NCBI GenBank assembly: GCA_005888595.1
Contig: VBAL01000112.1
Location: 24,353 to 88,352 of the forward strand
Source: Candidatus Segetimicrobium genomatis
GTDB lineage: Bacteria; Sysuimicrobiota; Sysuimicrobiia; Sysuimicrobiales; Kaftiobacteriaceae
Direction of reading: 5' to 3'
Length of the DNA: 64,000 bases
Under the pieces are notes generated by a model. It saw nothing but the letters and a program-made list of their open reading frames with translations. It ran no database searches and was not told where the DNA came from. Positions 59,987 to 64,000 of the stretch are shown here, in pieces (the first letter of the stretch is position 1; each line of letters opens with the position of its first letter). Position numbers and translations under genes: made by a program.

Positions 59987-61891
59987 TCAATCTCCCTCGC
60001 TCACCTTCACTGGGGCCGGCGCTTCCACGCCCACGCGCACGCGCTGTGCGCCGCTGCGGAGGATCTGCTCCACCCCGCCCACCACGTCCGACGGGTAGAT
60101 CGGCAATCCATTGTACTTCACGATCCGGCGCACCGGGACCAGGCAGTAGGTCTGGATCACGTCGGCAAACTGCCCGCTGAAGTTCTGCTCCACGGCGATG
60201 ACGGCCGATGCCTTCTCCAGCAGCGGTTTCGCGGCCGCCGTGTGGAACGGCCACAGGTGGGTAAAGTGCACCACGGCCGTTTCGACACCGCGCCCGCGCA
60301 GCCGCTGCTGCGCCTCCTGCAGCAGGGGCCGGGTGCTCCCCCACCCCACCAGGACCGGCTTGCCCTCAGGCTTGCCGAACACCTGCGGCGGCTTTACGTC
60401 CTCGTCCAGGTAGACCTCCATCTTGCGCGCGCGCTTCTCCATCATCGCTTTGCGGATGGCAGGATCGGTGCTGACAAACCCCCGCTCGTCGTGCTCGGAT
60501 CCCGTCACCTTGATGACGCCGCCGACCGTGCCCGGCACCAGGCGCGGGGAGATCCCTGACGGGGTCAACGCGAAGCGTTTGTAACTCCCGTCGCGGCGAA
60601 GATCACTCTCGCGCACCAGCGTGCTGCGGTCGATGCGCACCGCCTGCTGCCCGAAGAATGATTCGGGCACCACCTTGCGGCCCTCGGACAGATTGAGATC
60701 CGTAAGGAAGAACACGGGACACTGATATTTGTCTGCAAGGTGATGGGCCTCGATCATCAGCGTGTAGCACTCTTCTTGCGTCGCCGGCGCCAGCACGATC
60801 CGAGGGATCTCCCCATGGCCACCGTAGGCCACCAGGAACAGGTCGCCCTGCTCGCTCTTGGTCGGCATGCCGGTGGAAGGCCCCGCACGCTGGGTGTCCA
60901 CGATCACCATCGGCACCTCGGACATGCCCGACACCCCGAACTCTTCAACCTTGAGCGACAGGCCCGGACCAGAGGTGCCCACCATCGAGCGCACGCCGGT
61001 GATCGCCGCGCCAATCGCGGCGCGAATCGACTCGCGCTCGTTTTGCCCCTGCATGGCGCGGCCTCCGAACTTGGGCAGGTGCTCCTCCATAAATTCCAGG
61101 ATGGCGGACGCCGGGGTGATGGGGTACCCGGCGTAGAACCGGCAGCCCGCGCGAATCGCGCCGATTGACAGGGCGTCATTGCCGGACAGCAGCAGCATCG
61201 GGCCCTTGGTCGGCCGCGGCTCCAACCGGTACCCCGCGTCCGTCCAGGTCTTCGCCTTCAACACAGACTCCACGACTTCCAGACCGCGCTGCGCGGCCCG
61301 CAGGTTCAGTTCGACGATCTCGCGCCCCTTGCGCAGGAACCGCTCTTCCAGCAGTGCCCGCAGATGTGTGGCGTCCCGGTCGAACTCCAGCAGGCGAAAG
61401 AGCCCGCCCACGGTGACGACGTTCTTGACCACGTCACGCTTCAACTCATCCCGGGCGATGTTGCGGGCGGGAATGGGGAAGATCTTGATGCCGCGGCGTT
61501 CCAGTGTGTCGGTGGCGATGTCGCCGGTGCTGCTATCGTACACCAGGAGCCCGCCGTCCTTCAGGTACTTGCTGTGCCGCAGGATTGTGTCGCGGTTCGG
61601 CTGCTCTTTCGCGTCTGGGTTACTGTCGTAGTCAAGGGCAACGAGAATATCGATCTCGGGGTCGCCCCAGGACACCGGCGGCTCCTCCGCCACCACCATC
61701 GGGTCATACTGGTGTGCGCCGTAGATGGTCGACGCGTACCCGCGCTCCATGGCCAGGACGTGCAGCCCAGCCCGGGTGAAGATACGGCCGAGGATATCGC
61801 TCACCGTCACCACGCCGTCGCGGAGCTGGACACCGCCGACGAGGAGCTTCAAGTGGTTGACGATCACGCTCGTGATCCCTTCCCTTCCCAC
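59987..61891 (-). CDS. korA: 2-oxoacid:acceptor oxidoreductase subunit alpha (gamma domain fused)
   Basis: 634 aa. N-terminal gamma-like domain, then the alpha domain (GNDALSIGAIRAGCRFYAGYPITPAS; TSGPGLSLK). Confidence 0.9.
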   Translation of the reverse strand: MGREGITSVIVNHLKLLVGGVQLRDGVVTVSDILGRIFTRAGLHVLAMERGYASTIYGAHQYDPMVVAEEPPVSWGDPEIDILVALDYDSNPDAKEQPNRDTILRHSKYLKDGGLLVYDSSTGDIATDTLERRGIKIFPIPARNIARDELKRDVVKNVVTVGGLFRLLEFDRDATHLRALLEERFLRKGREIVELNLRAAQRGLEVVESVLKAKTWTDAGYRLEPRPTKGPMLLLSGNDALSIGAIRAGCRFYAGYPITPASAILEFMEEHLPKFGGRAMQGQNERESIRAAIGAAITGVRSMVGTSGPGLSLKVEEFGVSGMSEVPMVIVDTQRAGPSTGMPTKSEQGDLFLVAYGGHGEIPRIVLAPATQEECYTLMIEAHHLADKYQCPVFFLTDLNLSEGRKVVPESFFGQQAVRIDRSTLVRESDLRRDGSYKRFALTPSGISPRLVPGTVGGVIKVTGSEHDERGFVSTDPAIRKAMMEKRARKMEVYLDEDVKPPQVFGKPEGKPVLVGWGSTRPLLQEAQQRLRGRGVETAVVHFTHLWPFHTAAAKPLLEKASAVIAVEQNFSGQFADVIQTYCLVPVRRIVKYNGLPIYPSDVVGGVEQILRSGAQRVRVGVEAPAPVKVSEGD

Positions 61892-62015
61892 CCCAGGAAT
61901 TCACCCACTACGCGAATCCCGGGAACCCTGGTGACGAGGGTGCAGGCCCCCGGTCGAAACCCCAGAGGCCTGCACCATCGCCGCAGTCTCGAACCTCATC
62001 ACGTATCATACCACA

Positions 62016-62113
62016 CTAGTGCCGTACCAACTTGATAGTTAGGCCTACCTTCCGAGCGATTGCAAGGTTACTAAGAAGAGCATGTGCGGCAAATCAAGTT
62101 GGTACGGCACTAG
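62016..62113. repeat. Perfect 21-bp inverted repeat with a 56-nt spacer, overlapping the bioY stop codon
   Basis: CTAGTGCCGTACCAACTTGAT (62016-62036) and ATCAAGTTGGTACGGCACTAG (62093-62113). The bioY stop is at 62110-62112. Confidence 0.8.
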
Positions 62114-62655
62114 CGGACCACCCCGTACAGGCGCATCGCGACCAGCCCGGCCGCCAGCGCCTTGAAGAGATCGAACCACAGGAAGGGCAGGATCCCCACG
62201 CGGACGGCAGTTCTCAAGTTCGGCACGGCTCCGGTGACGGATAACCCAATGACTCCGCAGAGATAGATCACGACGAGGCCGGCCAGCATACCCGCATACA
62301 GCGTTGTGAGCACGGCGACGCCGCGCGCTCTTCGCCCGGTCCGGTCGGCCGCGAGGCCGGCGAGCCAGGCCGCCAGAGGGAACGACCAGAGGTATCCGGC
62401 CGTTGGCCCAACCAGCGCTGCCGGACCTCCGGTGAAACCCGCAAATACCGGCAGGCCTACAAATCCCAGCAGGAGATACAGGAGCTGGCTGAGGAACCCG
62501 CGGCGAGCCCCAAGGATCGCGCCGGCTATGAGCACTCCCAGGACCTGCAGCGTGAAGGGCACGCTCGTCAGTACCGGTAGTGTCAGGCTCAACTGTGCGC
62601 ACGCCGTTGTGAGGACGGCGAACAGCGCTACCAGCGTGAGGTCTCGTGTCGCCAC
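62110..62655 (-). CDS. bioY: Biotin transporter BioY (ECF S-component)
   Basis: 181 aa, six hydrophobic helices. VPFTLQVLGVLIAGAILG and GPTAGYLWSFPLAAWLAG are typical of BioY. Confidence 0.85.
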   Translation of the reverse strand: MATRDLTLVALFAVLTTACAQLSLTLPVLTSVPFTLQVLGVLIAGAILGARRGFLSQLLYLLLGFVGLPVFAGFTGGPAALVGPTAGYLWSFPLAAWLAGLAADRTGRRARGVAVLTTLYAGMLAGLVVIYLCGVIGLSVTGAVPNLRTAVRVGILPFLWFDLFKALAAGLVAMRLYGVVR

Positions 62656-62724
62656 GGTATGATAATCCTACGGGAGGCAGGGAAAGACTCCTTCGAAGAC
62701 AACCGGGATAAAGGGATATCTGAG

Positions 62725-63663
62725 ATGCGCCTCCACCGTCTGGAGCTTCCTACGCCCTTCCCGGTTGGCCCGGTCAACGCCTACCTGCTGGCGGGCGATC
62801 CGTTGACGCTGGTCGACACTGGCCCAAAGACAGTAGAGGCTCAGACTGCGCTGGAGCGCGGGGTGGCGGCGGCCGGCGCTCGTCTCGGAAACATCCGCCG
62901 CATCCTGCTGACCCACGGTCACACCGATCACGCTGGGAACGCGGCCTGGGTGGCGCAGCGCAGCGGGGCGGCAGTGTACCTGCATGGGGGCGACCGCGCG
63001 AAGGTCGCGGGTCAGCGTGGGGAACTGGAACATTTGAAGACCTTTGTGACACAGGCCGGTCTGCAAAACAACTTCGTTGAGTCGATCACCTCGCAAATCC
63101 GGTCGGTCCGCCAGTACCTCGATCCGCTGTCAAAGGTGTCCCCCCTCACCGACGGGGAGTACCTGCCCCTGGCCGGCGAACGGCTGCGTGCCCTCCATAC
63201 TCCCGGGCACTCCAACGGGCATGTCTCCTTCTATCACGAGGACGGCGTGTTGGTCTCCGGCGACCTGCTGCTGGAGGGTATCAGTCCAAACCCCATCGTG
63301 GAGTTCTCGCCGGACGGGAAACGCATCCCCACCCTTCCCCAGTACCTCCAGTCGCTCCGCCGGGTGCTGCTCCTCAATTGCGAGGTGGCGCACCCGGGAC
63401 ACGGGGGGCCGATCGCCAACCCCAGCGCCCGTGCCCGAGAGTCGATTACCCTTCATGAGCAGCGGAAGGAAGAGGTCGCCGCGGCGATCCGCCGCATCCC
63501 GAAGCCGCTGGCGGGGATCTGCGAAGAACTGTATCAGAACCTGGACGATCTCAACCGGATGCTGGCCCTCTCGGAGGTCATCGGCCATCTGGACCTCCTG
63601 GCCGAAGAAAAACGGCTCGCCATCACCCGCAAGAAAGGCGTACTGCAGTACAAAGTGAAATAG
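62725..63663 (+). CDS. MBL-fold metallo-hydrolase
   Basis: LLTHGHTDHAGN and HTPGHSNGH motifs. The ATG at 62725 is preferred over the longest-ORF start at 62659. Confidence 0.85.
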   Translation: MRLHRLELPTPFPVGPVNAYLLAGDPLTLVDTGPKTVEAQTALERGVAAAGARLGNIRRILLTHGHTDHAGNAAWVAQRSGAAVYLHGGDRAKVAGQRGELEHLKTFVTQAGLQNNFVESITSQIRSVRQYLDPLSKVSPLTDGEYLPLAGERLRALHTPGHSNGHVSFYHEDGVLVSGDLLLEGISPNPIVEFSPDGKRIPTLPQYLQSLRRVLLLNCEVAHPGHGGPIANPSARARESITLHEQRKEEVAAAIRRIPKPLAGICEELYQNLDDLNRMLALSEVIGHLDLLAEEKRLAITRKKGVLQYKVK

Positions 63664-63800
63664 GCACCATAAGGAGAAACAGCCGGTCGAAATACGGAAT
63701 ATCCCTCCAGCTCTCTGACTCACCGCGGGAAAAATCTGAGCATCCAGCCGAGATATTCGGCACGAATGTTGCTTCATTCTATTGGTGGGGGTGGCAGGCA

Positions 63801-63983
63801 GTGGTGCAGGTGCAGGACCCGATCAGGATTGAGGATCTGTTCCCATCAGCCGCAGGGCTGTTCCGCAGGCGGCCGGGGCGTGGGCGCTCCAAAGGACTCC
63901 GGCTGTTCGCGTGGGTTGTGGCCGGCGCTCTGGCAACACTGGCGGGTCGCCAGCTGATGTTCTGGGCAGACCGCAACATCTGA
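63801..63983 (+). CDS. Possible small membrane-anchored protein (60 aa)
   Basis: High GC3 in frame. Hydrophobic segment LFAWVVAGALATLAG. No homology recognised. Confidence 0.25.
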   Translation: MVQVQDPIRIEDLFPSAAGLFRRRPGRGRSKGLRLFAWVVAGALATLAGRQLMFWADRNI

Positions 63984-64000
63984 GGTTCTACCAGGGAAGG

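Noticed and set aside
62656-62724. Looked for a BirA operator upstream of bioY.
   Set aside because: No TGTAACC/GGTTACA-type inverted repeat is visible in the 69-nt spacer.

Overview
High-GC (roughly two-thirds G+C by eye) bacterial chromosomal segment. It is densely coding: about 52 protein genes and 1 tRNA-Glu(CUC). I found no rRNA, CRISPR array, transposase or integrase. Content is mostly housekeeping.

Genes in order:
- 1-9.8 kb: ABC ATPase/MarR, holB, darA/tmk, a Ycf45-like R3H ATPase, an RlmI-like methyltransferase, EndoQ, a geranylgeranyl-reductase-like flavoprotein and a DUF192 protein.
- 9.9-21 kb: a PdtaS/PdtaR-like GAF kinase with ANTAR regulator, nadE translationally coupled to an atypical split GltB-like enzyme, and an MFS transporter.
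- 21-28.3 kb: mfd, a parvulin PPIase, an S4 protein, eno, an FtsB/DivIC-like protein and an S1 protein.
- 28.4-34.3 kb: a six-gene minus-strand operon (small protein, PxpA, prenyltransferase-repeat protein, two ABC exporter halves, coiled-coil protein).
- 35.1-38.8 kb: a lower-GC islet next to tRNA-Glu.
- 38.8-46.7 kb: murT/gatD, a BFN nuclease, an SDR, and spoVR with a fused prkA-yhbH ORF.
- 47-51.2 kb: a metal cluster (DtxR-family regulator, ZIP, multicopper oxidase, CDF).
- 51.3-64 kb: fadN-fadA-fadE-fadD, korAB, bioY and an MBL hydrolase.

Several gene orders mirror Bacillus subtilis: tmk-darA-holB, mfd...yabO...divIC-yabR, fadN-fadA-fadE and prkA-yhbH. This suggests a high-GC Terrabacteria/Bacillota-like lineage (inference only).

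The most unusual signal is non-genic. More than 20 gene boundaries carry long imperfect hairpins whose arms are tandem arrays of a 7-, 8- or 9-nt word. There are about 12 word families, and several recur at unlinked loci. These elements abut or overlap stop codons and sit inside obligate operons. In several cases they have been absorbed into coding sequence, including an in-frame linker that fuses prkA to yhbH. A second composite palindromic element occurs at three loci.

All coordinates and alignments were derived by hand from the sequence; repeat boundaries are +/- a few nt. No database search or folding computation was possible.
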